Source: Corallochytrium limacisporum Hawaii
Lineage: Eukaryota > Protista > Pluriformea
Direction: 5' to 3'
Length of the DNA stretch: 64,000 bases
Assembly (NCBI GenBank): GCA_002811645.1
Contig: PDIP01000024.1
Span: forward strand, 32,733-96,732
Position numbers and translations under genes: made by a program. Shown piece after piece: positions 21,247 through 34,202 of this stretch. The notes below the pieces were generated by a model. The model did no database searches. It was not told where the DNA came from and saw only the letters and a list, made by a program, of their open reading frames with translations. The first letter of the stretch is position 1. Each line of letters begins with the position of its first letter.

Positions 21247-24200
21247 TTGGAGTTTCTGGATCTGTTCCGGTTCTTGTTCTAGTTCACAACGGGCCTGTTC
21301 ACCCAGGATCACCGCCCTGTATACTCAGCTTGTTGGTCATGAATCCTCCATCTCTTTTCTGTCCACCCACTCTCGCATATCTCTGTATTACAATCCATCA
21401 GTGTCAATTGTCGTCAAGTCCATGATCCTAAGTCTAGTACCTTTGCTCCAGGCGCATCGTGTAGGTATTTGACTGTTTTTCCACAGTGCATTTTCTTCTC
21501 CGATGCGCGCCTCCACTTTTCCCCGTTGATGTAGAGAATAGCGTGTTTCCTTTTTCAGACAATTCTAGAGCAGTCTTGCCAATATAGAATACTCCGTATA
21601 TATAAATATTTAGCGTTTAATATTATTGATCAATTTATTCGCCACACTGCTGTTCAGGGCAGACTCCTTCACAGGGAGGAGCTCGACACAATCGTAGACT
21701 TTACTCCTCGAACATCGTGCAGTATCAAACATCCACGATCTAGAATACATGTTCTCCAACCACCGCCATTGATCTTTTATTGACATCATGGTCGAGAAGG
21801 TACCCTCTGCTCGTTGTTCTTTTGCGCTCATCGATGCGGTCAAGTGAACAATAAGCGCCATGACTTGGACTAGTTTCTTGTTTTTGATCTCAACCATGAA
21901 ACGGATTCGTGCTAAGGAAGCCAGTCCGGCATTTTTCTCCCATCAGTTTCACATCAAGTTTTCTCGCAAAGGTTCCTTGGTCTCTTGGCTATTAGGTAGA
22001 TAGTATAGTATGGAACGAATGGAGTCGACATGATATGTATGGGCGGACTCTTGTATTGCTTTGTCACAGAACGAGAAGATCCTCAAACTCGCGCACAATT
22101 TTCCAGAAAGTCAATAAGGGAGCAGCTGTTTAGAAATGGGGACAGAGTATAACTTGGTAGCAGTCGCGCATTCGATTGGCCCAGCTCATAATAATAGTAG
22201 AAGCTTTACAATGCAAACATCATCGCACTCATTTCATCCCCGAACCCCAGACTAGCCAGTGTGACTTGTAAATTGACTTGTCGATCTCCCCCACACAAAG
22301 AGCGGGCACGTCAACATCGGACCTCAGAGAGTCTCTGGTATGTGTCTGGGCTATTTCTGTATCACTCTTTGGCTATTCTTTCCGCCTCCGAGGGAAATTC
22401 TTTTTTTCTTCTGCAAGCGCTCGTCAACCCACACTGAACGTGCAAACTCAACTTCCTCGGGCCCGGACCACAGTACTTTATAATACTTTTCCGACCGGTG
22501 CAGATTCCGTTGAAGCGCCAGCCGTCATGGAAAGGTCCGGGCTTGCTGGTGCGCTGTTCGTCGTCTTGGCCAAACGTGGAAAGGAAGCCGGAAAGCAGAA
22601 TTTTCAGGTGGAGCATGCGAAACAGAGCAGTGAGGATAGGTGAGTGTAACGTCATCCCAGACCGGGATGACATGTTTGTAGTATCATCGCAAGCTCACAA
22701 AGTTAGTGTACACTATGCATCTCCGGCTAGGAATCAAAACATTAACAAGCAACCTGATTGTGATCGCCTCCGTATGGGCGGTACGCCCTCGTGCTATCAT
22801 TCTCGAGCGAGACGAATGGGCTGGCCCAAAAGACGCGAACGTCTTCATCACATAGAGCGTGCAGGTCCCACATGCTCTTCACGACTATAGCTGATGTGGG
22901 CTGGCCAGTACATGACAAGCCCTGGAGTGCACATGGAGGTGGGGGTGGGAGGGCAAACTGCTCAAACCGTTCCAACACGTCTCCCATCTCAATACCGTTT
23001 TCACGCCTGGTGCCCCAAGTCATTTCGCAATCATGAAAAGAACTGGCATCATCGCAAATGAGAAACCGAGATCTACGTCCTACCGTAACTTGATGTGCAG
23101 ATTGTGTTTGAGCCTCGCCATTTTTCTGCTTCAACTATTGTGTGCCAAGTGTTTTGTGTGTGACCAGCGCCAGATGATCTGGTACCAAGCTAGGTCCTGG
23201 GTTGCCAGTTCTTCGTTTTCCTTCTTTCCAATTCTTCTTGAACTTTGTGCCCTTTTGGGGACGAGTGGATGGTTGTATTTGTTCTTACCCACTCCCGTGA
23301 TCTGTTCGTAGTGGTGTGTTCCATCTGTTGGTGCCCAAGCATTCAATGGTGCTCAGCTGCAGCAAACCGACAATAAATTGAGGGTGAGCAGTGCTCTCTA
23401 CATACAAGCCTCTACTGCAGGGTTTAGAACACGGTCGGCGGAAGGCAATCAACAGTTGGCTTCCGTCCGAACAGGTTTGAACGGCTAGCTGACTAGGTTG
23501 CTGTGATTGGTCGTGACACCGGTTTGGTGCAGTCATCAAAGCATGACAGTCTGAACTTGATACTGTCTGAGTCTGTGCATTTGAAAAAAAAATGCTGGGG
23601 CCAACAATCCGATATTTTTTCCACCATATCATTCCCTTTGCAATACGGTAATTATACAGTAGTCAGTGTTTGCTGGAGTTTCGGTTGAGTATGCTGGAAA
23701 ACTGTGACTAGCAGCGAGTTCTTTGAGAAATTCGGCCAAAATAGTGTATACGATAAACTGGTTCCCAAATGAACAGATTAAAGTACGGTCCAAAGAAGGC
23801 CATAGTTAACGGCCAAGTGAAATATTATAGTGACATGCCATACCGCAAAGACTCTCTTGGTCCCGAAGACGATTAATGCGTCAGACTTCAATGGAAGTTT
23901 TGTTAACGTTTCCGCGAATTCCAAAGAAGGGGTAATATCAAACGGCAAGAGGATTTACAACCACCGGATAGGCGTGCTGCGAGAGCGCAAACAAGCAGCA
24001 AGGAAGAGGTACATAAGATTTTTTCTCTCTCCGAGAAATCCAGATCCGTACATTAAGAATGCTGAATGCTTTAGGTCAGTGTATAATAGCTGGTGTCGTT
24101 ACACGAAACTGCCAAAACATGCCCGACATTTGAAATTCGTTGGCCTTCTTAAGGGCCAATATGCATACTCCTGTGCCGGTGCCGTGCGTCGCTTTTTTCT

Positions 24201-27200
24201 TCAAGTTTCTAACTGTCCGTCGAGAAACATAGAAGCTTTCCTGTGGGTGGTGGACGGTGCGACTCTCAATTTCACATTGTAGACTGCGTTGCTTGGAAGA
24301 CTCTCAGAATCAACTGGGGATCCGAGAGAAATTCAATGTTTTCAACAGGATCGTTCAATTCTCGATACCAACGCCAATGGTTCCAGTCGTCAAAATTGTT
24401 CTGTGCATGAGCCAGAGCTGGATCCTCGCCCACGGCGCGAGATTACAGACTTTCCGGTCTTTCGTATTCACTGTATGTATCGCTCATCTGCGGCACGTAC
24501 CCAGCCCTCGCACACTCGAAACCCACTCAGCTATGGACGGGGACAGTAGTGCGATTCGTGTCCGTGTGGTCACGAAGAAGAACGATACACCTACGGTGTT
24601 TTGCGGGCCACCGCAATCAGTTGAATGCCGCCCGGTTATTGTGTTATTCACGCATCCTCCCTTAGCAATTTACCATTGATAAGCTCCATCCTCCGACGGT
24701 TGGTTGCGTTGTTCGCGCGCGTCGATCGTGCTCGTGTGGGATGTCTGCACGGTTGGACACGAAGTAAATCTATGTGCGTCAGCTATTTCGTTCCCTATCG
24801 ATGAAGAATGCAACTGACCAAGGAAGTGGTAAACCATGGTAAACATAGGTACATGTTGCAGTTGTGCACAGTCAACATCGAGACCGCGAGGATCTATTCT
24901 TCACCATGCGCACAGCGCCAGAAACTGCCCAAACCAACAGATTGTTTCTGGCAGTGAAGGGATTAGAAATATTTATCAAACAGTGAGGTATTGTTCACCA
25001 AATGTTTCAACCCTTGAACAGAATGCATTCTAGTATCAGTCTGTAAGACCTGAGGTTGGCCAACTTCCAAAGATGGAAGGTCCGCAAAATTGGTCCCACA
25101 GCGATATCGGTGCCATTGCTTTTTGACAACCCTCACCATATATGGAGGGGAACTGCAGTAGTGAATATATAGAGGCTCCTCAACGGTAAGCATTGACCTG
25201 TGTTTTCACATCCTGACGAGGAAAAATTGGTCCAACCGGCCAAGGAACTAGAGATCTTCGATTCTCTTCGGTGAGACTCCAAGGGTGGCCGCCACCTTGG
25301 CCACGGAGGTAGAAGGCACGCGTTCTACGGCATGTGGCGACTTGGCCTAACATCGTCTCTGCGGAAGAGCACATAGACCGTAGAACCCAATTGTATAAAA
25401 GTGTTCTCCTGGAATAAAAGCACCTCCACCTTGAAATTCGTTCCACACGAGAAATACATAACAGATCGATGGAATATGGATCATTCCCAGCACTGTCCAG
25501 AACGTGAGAGGACAGTGCGATACATGTGCAGTCAGTCTTTGTAGGCCTTTGCGCATGCCATTGGGATCACCACATGCCCACAGGGATCGACGACCGACCG
25601 ATCCAGAGTACTACGATGAGGACCGGCAAAAGGACAGTGCCAAGGCCATTAGTTTGGCCGCCAGCGCCAAGTCACAGTTGCCTCCCCCACCCCAGCTGGA
25701 CACTCTACCATCAACACCCACTTCCCTGTTATTTCTAGCACTTTCTCCTTCTTATTCTGCTTCTGCTTCTCATCTCCCTTAGCCTAAGACCGGCGACAGA
25801 ATAAATTTGACGCAGAATGCAGCGGTGGTGCTTTAAAGAGAATAGCTAAGAGATCCTGCCGGGACGAGACGGGTTCGTATGATATGTACATAGTTGGTAA
25901 CAAGGGGATCTAAACCCCCTTCGCTTTGCGAGCAACTACGATGGCCATACATATTCAATTGGTTAGAAGGCGGCTGAGATGGTGAAGCAAAAATTAATTG
26001 CAGGAAGCTCCGGTATTCGCGGGTGAGGTTTTTCTTCAGTAGTCACTGTCGGTCATCCTTTCCGGTTAATGTCATGGATTGATTTGGCAACCCTAGAATG
26101 AACTGCTCTACCCGGGATTTCTTAATGAGAAAATTTCCTTCTCATTCCTCTCAGCCCTGCAGAAGACTTACTATTTACAAGGCTACTCCAGCCATTTGAA
26201 ACACTCTCTACAAAGACAAAAAGTCTGCCCCAACTTGCCTGGACTTTAGCCTGAAGAGCAGTGATTTCAAGGAAGCCGGAAAGAAAAAAAAACAAATAGC
26301 CGCAGATAAAGAATAGTAGGTAATGTATACTTAAAGTAGATGTCAATTGGGTCCCCCCCCGGGGGAGGCCTGTCGAATGGGTCGTGGTTGTTCCGTTCGG
26401 TTTCACCAAAACACTGCGGGCATTGGTTTGTTGGTATTGCCGCAACCTCAAGACTTTCCCAAAGTATTACTCCAGCGGTCTAAAATGGCAAGTCCAGGGG
26501 ATCCAGACTGTTTGCATTTCTATTTGCTTTGTGGCAATGTGTTAGTTGAGTGTGTTTCCCAACAACCAGCGGTGTAGTGATCACGTATGGACACCAGTAC
26601 GGCACTATTGGCAAAAGCTGTATACCACTCTGAAGGCACTTTACGACGAAATAACAGGGACAATAACAACATGATGGTAGTTCTGTTTGCATGCACATCA
26701 GACCCCCTGAAACATGGACTGAGGAAGAAAAAAAAACATGACAATGCGTAGATGCAAGGATCCAGTGCTGTGTGGGGGCTGCCAGCTGAACTTTAATTAT
26801 ATTCCCTGACACGAGGTGAGGGTGAGGATACACGCCAAGTCAGTAAGACATCTTTCATGCCTTGCCACCTGACGGGCCAGTTTCTGGAAACTTCAACTAT
26901 GCCAGTTTGCACGAATGGAACTGACGAAAGGGAAGAGCTGCGTACCCCATCCCACTTACATATTGTCAATGCTGTGAAAACGTGCTGTCGCTCTAAGGAT
27001 TCACAGTTGACCGGTCTCTCCCGTCAACGCCTGAAACTACAAACTATCAGGACAAATCAGCGTGAAATGTATACGGAAGACAATTGAGTTTGAGGAAAGC
27101 ATCCGCTTTTGTTGTTGAATGATATACACGGCTCGGCGAAATATCTCGTAAGTGTTCTCGCGCTCTCGCACTATCCCAAGCCACATACTGATCACTCTTA

Positions 27201-29319
27201 CACTAAACACAATGAGGTTGTGTCCATTCCTCCAATTCTAATGATGCTAGGTCTGCCTAAGGCCGAGGACAAACGACAGATAATGCCATTCGACTACACA
27301 GGGGTATATAGCTGGGTGTGGTGCTGCTTCACGTTGAGCTTCGGGTCTCCACTCAATAGTGAAGCGTTATCCCATCAAAAAGGTATTCTTGTTTCATATA
27401 GTACGCATATTTGTGTCACACAGAATCCAAACTTTCCTATCGAGATCGTCAGATACGCGTGTTTGTGACACCCTCTCGAAGCACGAAAGCCATTGCCTTT
27501 TCGAACTACGGACCCTGTATGATGGAGACAAAGGGGATGAATAGCCCCGTTCACAACCTCTCCTTCATGCCTCGATGTTGCTACTTCTGACGTGGGCACA
27601 CAGATGGAAAGAAGTGAGGTAAGTCTCTCAACAAAGCGAACCATGTTAAGTGGATGACTGTCCGTCTTTCTCGCTATGCCCTCCCCATCCGTGGTAAAGC
27701 CTTTTTGGTTTTGTTGATTACTTCAAAGACTCAATGGGGAATACCGGCTTTAGTGAGCACACTGACCACGCTCTCAGCACTATCATGGCGGATCACTGAC
27801 AGATTGTAAGGTAACGGGGACTCTGGAGCTAGAAAGGTTACATTTCCACGAGCAAACAGAAGTTCGTAGCATGGACATCAGCGAGAACCAGTCGAACGGT
27901 CGGGGACAAATGCAATTTTCAAAGTTTCTTCAACAAAAGAAGAGCCATACATTAGGTGCTCTCACATGTTTTGGGAGAACAGGAGAATCATTTAGAGTTT
28001 GTGGATTGCCTGACACAAGTTCTCTTGTCGTAGTTTCGAATTTCCCAACAAGTTAGTATGGGGTCAGGAACAGTAAAGCAGTAATATTGAGGGAATCGTC
28101 TCGATAAAGACCGGCGAAGTTGAAATTACAGTACAAGATGGCTTGCAGTTAAGATGGACTGAAGCCGGAAGGGTCTCTAGTCCCTTCTTGAACTGAGAAG
28201 GGGAAGCAACAAACACCTATCTATGCAGGTAAGGAAGGTCATCGTTCGACACTAAGGAACGCCACGCGGGTTCTCGTCATCGCTGACTGCAACAGCACTA
28301 TTAACCGAAACAACATCCATGCAGTTCGCTGTCCATTTTTCGAGCAAAAAACAATCTATGGACCTTTGTCGTGACAAGAAGACAAACTTTTGTTAACGAG
28401 GGAGCGAGCAGAAGAATTCACAGAGGAATGTGATCCCAACACATGAAACCGAAGGAACTGTACAAATGAGATCGTAAAGTTCGAATCTGCAATTTATTTC
28501 CAGTACTAGCTGTCCCTTGATTGTCTCACCCGGATCATTCTACCATTCCTCCGGTTGGGAACTGAAGGAGTGTGCACTACACGACAAGAGAAAAACAATA
28601 GTCGTTGATTTGAGCGAAGGAGAAGGAATTGGAATACCTATGGTGAGCTACGGGGAAGTCACATTCGCAACCCCAAGACCTTCATGTTTTCCTCTCCACC
28701 TCTCTGTTGCATCGAGCACACTAAATGAGTCTTTGTTCTGAGCACACTGAGCATTGGAAATGCACAGAAACAAGACACGGGGAAGACCTCTTTCTCATCT
28801 GTCAATGACTTTCTGAAGGAAGGCGTACTAATGTGTGAGTTGGTCGGGGCCGAATAATAAGGAAGAGAGTGTATGGGAAATAGTAGTAGCACGAGAGCGC
28901 ACCTGCCGAGAATGATCGCTCCGTGGGTGTCAACGTACAGCTGTCCTTTTGCCGGCGGTTTCGACCCTTTCCCCTTCTCTCGCCTTCTGTGAATGAGTGA
29001 ACTTGGAGAGGGCGGCCGGTGAGGGTGGAGCGGGGAGGGGGGAGCGGGGAGAGGGGAGGGGAAAAGAGAGATGGGCGAGACGCCTGCCACAGGACATCTT
29101 CTGCACCAGAAAGCCTTCGTAACTCTACTCACGAGCGCATTGAATCCGTTGTCCAGGCGCATCTTCGAAGTGAGACATAGATTCACTCGCATTACGTTCG
29201 GTACACCACAAGCATAGAAACGTATTTTATGAAGAAAGGTATTCATGTAAGAAGTGTAGATTGTAGTCTATGTCATGAAACAATTGTAGATTGCTAAACA
29301 CATAGAACACACAGCAACC

Positions 29320-29688
29320 ATGGGTGCAAACTCCTGCCTGAAGGGCTCTTTGTCAAGGACCACTAGCGAGGAGATCCGCCGATCCACACGCTCAGTTTGT
29401 GTGCGGAACGTCCCTGTAACAGAAGGTGTCGCAGATGCTGATTATGAACGTAAGGGAAGGGTTGCTCGACTGAACCCGGTTGAACTGCGCCGCGCGCAGC
29501 TACAGATTAAGAAGGTTCAGGATGAGCTTGGCGTGCCTCTGGAGTGTCGCCCTCGCTTCAGCATGAGCATGCTCAAAGAAGAGGAGTTCCGTCGTATGTG
29601 CAGTAGTCCTCGACGCGAGAGCAGGGCCTCCCTGTCGATTCGATCTGAGGACTCCTACGGATCCGACATCTCCGACATGAGTGAGTAA
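29320..29688 (+). CDS. Small putatively myristoylated protein with a PHACTR/Bni4-like C-terminal module
   Basis: Start context (caacc ATG) resembles other genes here; coding-like composition; MGANSC N-terminus; DADYERKG..RL motif; AT-rich 3' region. Confidence 0.7.
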   Translation: MGANSCLKGSLSRTTSEEIRRSTRSVCVRNVPVTEGVADADYERKGRVARLNPVELRRAQLQIKKVQDELGVPLECRPRFSMSMLKEEEFRRMCSSPRRESRASLSIRSEDSYGSDISDMSE

Positions 29689-29871
29689 ATTGATCTCCTC
29701 GAAGTATTTTAAAACCGAATTTTCCATAGTCAGTCATACGACACATTCAGCGTCATCGTCATTAACATGAACATCATCGAACATTGTCCATATCACATCC
29801 ATTTTGTTAAAGTAGAGTAATATAGCATACCACATCATCACCATTCATTCAATCAACGCGCTTTCAAAGAT

Positions 29872-29970
29872 ACATCTGCCCCTTTAGACAATGTATGAGC
29901 ATCTCTTGGCATTGTGTGTGAACATCTGCCCCTTTAGTCAATGTATGAGCATCTCTTGGCATGGTGTGTG
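29872..29970 (+). repeat. Tandem direct repeat, 2 copies, 50-bp period
   Basis: acatctgcccctttag(a/t)caatgtatgagcatctcttggcat(t/g)gtgtgtg at 29872-29920 and 29922-29970, with two mismatches. Confidence 0.95.
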
Positions 29971-32927
29971 TAGATATCATGCTGATAAAAACAGTGTAAG
30001 CCACGACAGCAATAGTATGTCAGCGAAAGTCAGTGAAGTGAGGAGATCAATCTGGAAGTGCCTCGCATGAACTTTCACTCCGATGGCTCGGGGGTTCACC
30101 CGGCATATAATAGTCAATTAACCAGGGTTGAACTTGGGCCGTAAAACTGGTAACAATTAGTACTGAGTCTCCTACATACGCAATTCACAGGTCTCCTGTA
30201 CTTTGTATATGAATGAAGCAGCCTCTATGTCGGCTGCGAAAGCTGCACAGTTTTGGTGGAACGTGTAAGCCATGGATCGCTTCGATATTACCCAATAGTT
30301 CAGAATTTTCGGTCGCTTCCCACTGCTGCCATTTCACCAACTGTTTCCCACAGCGCATATGTTGAATGTACCGATATTATTCTCGCCGTGTTGTTTCTAC
30401 GTCCGCGCACCTGCACAGAGGACAGAATAAAAAAACCATACAGACTCGTATCCTTCACAAATTGATCCGCTACAATTTACCGGTGCCCCAAAGCACACCC
30501 AGTGCATGCCCAGCCAAACTAGGAGGTGGTTCGGTATGCCCCCGATTGACCATATGTCTTCTAGAGTCTTTACTATTGCTATCGATATCCCCAAGATTTC
30601 GGTAGTGATATCTAGCCTGTAATGGAACCTAACGAAGACCACCTTGGGTGCGTGGCAGAGCTCTTGTGTTGCGTCAAAGGTAAGCTAAGGTTACTCGCTT
30701 CATAGTGCTAACATTGCTCGTCCATATCCCATTGTTCAATATGATATAGTCAACTTGGAGCAGAGTGGTACCTGTCGCACACGCCTTGACTGGTGGACGG
30801 GGTTCTAATCTTGGCATGGGAACTTGGGCCTATTTTTGCCAGCTTTCTGCTGTACCCTTAGCTCGCCCCAACGGACACCTCTCTCAGATCTTCGTAGTTG
30901 TCAACAATTCGAGGTGTCATGTGTACGCGAGTTCACACTTCATATATATATACATTTAGTACGGAGCTAAAATACTATTGTGGACAACCAGAACCATTGA
31001 CCATTCCTACGGTTGCCTCCCTGGCTCTCTAACTGGTCCGCCGTGGGTCGTTTGCGGTGGTAATCAAGAAAACCACAAAAAAAGCAAAACTCAATGCCCT
31101 TCGACCACTGCTTCATTGCACACCGACTGAGTAGGTTGCAGTTCCAGGAATGAGTAGGGAAGCACTTCGGACGAAAAAAGAGAAGCAACCCACGGCACTT
31201 CACAAGACAACTGAGTTCGATAGCAGATCCGCTATGGCATCCCATCGGAAGCAGCTCAATAGGAGAAGACTCAGCTTGCTTGCTTTCCCCGCTCGTGATC
31301 TCCAAGACTATTGTGCAAAGTATTTTTTCAAACATTGTCTATACTGCCTACTAGAGATTAAAAACTCCGACAGAAAAACCAATGAGAAAGTGGACGATAT
31401 GGCTCCCGTTTTCGCCTTGTCCTCTGTTGCAACTCTGCATGTGATCGTTCGATTTCTCGCTGACAAAACGATGAACCGCTGGTTGCTTCGTTTCGCTTCC
31501 TCCTTGCCTGCATTCTTATGAGGCTATACTGGTACGGTCACCTTCAGGTGGCCATTGGGCTGTCAAATTTCTTTCCGTTTCGGAATGGCGTGGGTTTGAA
31601 ACTTGCCGCCAGGCCACACATTTTCTGTTGGCAATGCACAGCCCGTGATGCTCTTGAGTAAAGTTGGTCCCAATACGCTAAGTGCACAATAGAATTGATC
31701 ATTCGTCAATGGAGTGTTAGTATGAACCACCTATTGGTCTTCTTGGCAGCTACGATTGAATCAATTGAACCGGGCCGCAACCAAGGGCAAACACAACCAC
31801 GCTGTCCCATAGTTGAAGGCAGGAAACGTTGGATACAGTGTGACTGGCTCACGAGAGGGCCCTAGAGCCTGCTATCTCGTACACCGGCCACTCGCTATGG
31901 TGCGCGGTTTCTTGTATTGTTTCTCTTGGAACATACAACCAATCCATTGGCCGCGCTTGTATGTCGGGAGGGCTCTCTACCGCTACGAGCCTGTAAATAC
32001 AATAGCTGCTAGCAGACCAAAGGTATGCTAGGGTTATATTATCAGACACAGCTTTGTAGTGCAGCCATAACTTAGAGAGTGAAGAAATGTGACATATTCA
32101 ACACGCTTCCATATTCACATCGAATACCACACCACGCAACCGTCACCAGCGGCATCTTTGATCACCCTTTATCATCATAAAACAGAACTAGTTCAGTGAG
32201 CTGTTGCAATACCTGAACAAAGTGAGTGCTTTCCCCCAGCTGCCTCAGCATGTCGACTACCGATGCCGTGGAATTTCAAGGCTTCGGTTAGCCAGAGACT
32301 GAAGGCATGCATCAGAGGGGTGTGAAGAATGGGCAAGAATGTGTGTCCGATCAGATGTTATTTGGTTGCCTGCCGCTTGCATCAATATGCCTCTAAGGAT
32401 TTCGGGATCCCAAAGGTTCAATGTAGGAAACTCTCGCCATTAGTGAAGCTAGAACCAGTCGAGAACAAATACTATAGATCCGTTGAACGCAATACAAGGA
32501 TTCCACTGGCGCTGAGTGCTCTGTACAGTGTGTGTTCCCTCCAACCCATGCGCTGGGGAGTTTCAAATTAGTATCTACGCGATGGACACTTGAAGTCAAA
32601 CCGCATAGACCGTGATTCACGCCGCCTTCCTTGTTGCTGCGTGAACAACTGCAGTATTGCCACACAGAGGAAGAGTCTACAGTATTTCGTCTGATGAATT
32701 CTACTGCAAGCTCTTGTGACCGCCCCACTCTTCCACCGTGTCCCACTACTGTAGTATGATGGTTTACAACAATTCTGCGAAACGATCGCAGTACGCTGGA
32801 CAATTATTAATCAATATTATTGAAGTCTCCATGTTTCAATTCTATTTAAAATTTCCGGATATAGTTTGGTTTTGGGGCACTTGAATAGTAGTTCATATAT
32901 CTATTTTTCGCCCTCGGCGGTTGTACT

Positions 32928-33001
32928 GTCAGCGTGGTGTAGTTGGTTATCACATGCGCCTCACACGCGCAAGGTCCCCGGTTCGATCCCGGGCGCTGAC
33001 A
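32928..33001 (+). tRNA. tRNA-Val (anticodon CAC)
   Basis: Acceptor stem GTCAGCG/CGCTGAC, D-arm GTGTAGTTGGTTATCAC, anticodon arm TGCGC-CTCACAC-GCGCA, T-arm CCCGG-TTCGATC-CCGGG. No intron. Confidence 0.97.
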
Positions 33002-33006
33002 TGCTC

Positions 33007-33045
33007 TTTTTTTGCCTTTTTTTTTTTTTGAAACTCTTTTTTTTT
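33007..33045 (+). terminator. RNA polymerase III oligo-dT terminator
   Basis: Several T runs immediately after the tRNA. Confidence 0.85.
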
Positions 33046-33483
33046 GCGTCAGTTGGAAACATTGAGTATCTACTGTCTGCATGTCCTCTGATGGCGAAGA
33101 TCGGATGCGAACTGAGGTGGTTACGAACCCTTGATAGTCAAGGGCCCCTGCAGGCTTGGAAGAGCCTGGCGGGCAAGAAAAGTTCAGAATAGTAGGTGAG
33201 GCGGGACGAGGGTAGAATAGCTTGCCCGCTGCGCTACCATTCGGTTTCTTCCTTTTTTTTTTTCCTTGAGTGGCCCCTCGGGCAGAAAATGGGAGCAGCG
33301 CTGAGGGCACGAACGAGCTGTGTTGGGATCGTCTTGCTATAAGGTGTAGAAATCATGGACAGTGCAATCACCATGAACCCTAGCTCTCACTACACTGGCC
33401 CCCATTTTCAGGGGAAACCTCAAGGATGGTACACAATCTCTAGTTCTCAACACATTTACACGTCTTGCAAAGCGACAGTCGCA

Positions 33484-34101
33484 ATGGTGTATTCGGTGGT
33501 GACGCGCATGAAAGATATGCGTGTGATCCTTGCCTCCAAGTCTCCCCGACGTCGAGACCTGCTCGAGAAGCAACTGGGAATACCGCTCACCATTGTACCG
33601 TCCACATTCAATGAAGATCTCGACAAGTCAAAATATTCTACACCGCAGGAGTATGTGAAGGACACATGCCTGGGCAAGTTGAATGAGGTCGGAAGTCGAC
33701 CTGGCCTAGCCTTCGACGTATTGATTGCCGCTGACACAGTCGTGATACAAGGCGGACGGATTCTAGAAAAGCCGCAAGACCGGGAGCATGCGATTGAGAT
33801 GTTGGCATCTCTATCCAATACTGAACACATAGTGTGCTCTGCAGTGGCCATTTCGCGTAAGAGAGAAGGATCGGAAGCTGTGATCAAGGCGTTCACTGTT
33901 GACACCAAGGTACGGTTTGCGAACCTTTCGAAGAAGGATATTGAGGCCTACGTCGACACTGGGGAGCCCATGGATAAGGCTGGTGGCTATGGCATTCAGG
34001 CGCTGGGGGCGACTTTGGTCACCGGGATCGAGGGCTGCTATTACAACGTAATGGGATTCCCACTCCAGCGTTTCTGCGCAGAGATGGAGGATCTGGTGTA
34101 A
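33484..34101 (+). CDS. Maf-family nucleotide pyrophosphatase (YhdE/ASMTL N-domain-like)
   Basis: ILASKSPRR, IAADTVV, LEKP, GEPMDKAGGYGIQ, IEGCYYNVMGFPL. Start is uncertain (in-frame ATGs at 33355, 33484 and 33508). Confidence 0.92.
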   Translation: MVYSVVTRMKDMRVILASKSPRRRDLLEKQLGIPLTIVPSTFNEDLDKSKYSTPQEYVKDTCLGKLNEVGSRPGLAFDVLIAADTVVIQGGRILEKPQDREHAIEMLASLSNTEHIVCSAVAISRKREGSEAVIKAFTVDTKVRFANLSKKDIEAYVDTGEPMDKAGGYGIQALGATLVTGIEGCYYNVMGFPLQRFCAEMEDLV

Positions 34102-34202
34102 CGGGGCCCATTTCATATTGACTGGTACAAAGTATTTCATATTTTTACATAATGTTTCTATCTACGCTATCCTACAAATTGGTATTTCCGCTAGTATGTC
34201 CC

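Noticed and set aside
29872-29970. CRISPR-like array
   Set aside because: Only two adjacent copies with no spacers, in a eukaryotic context with no cas genes.
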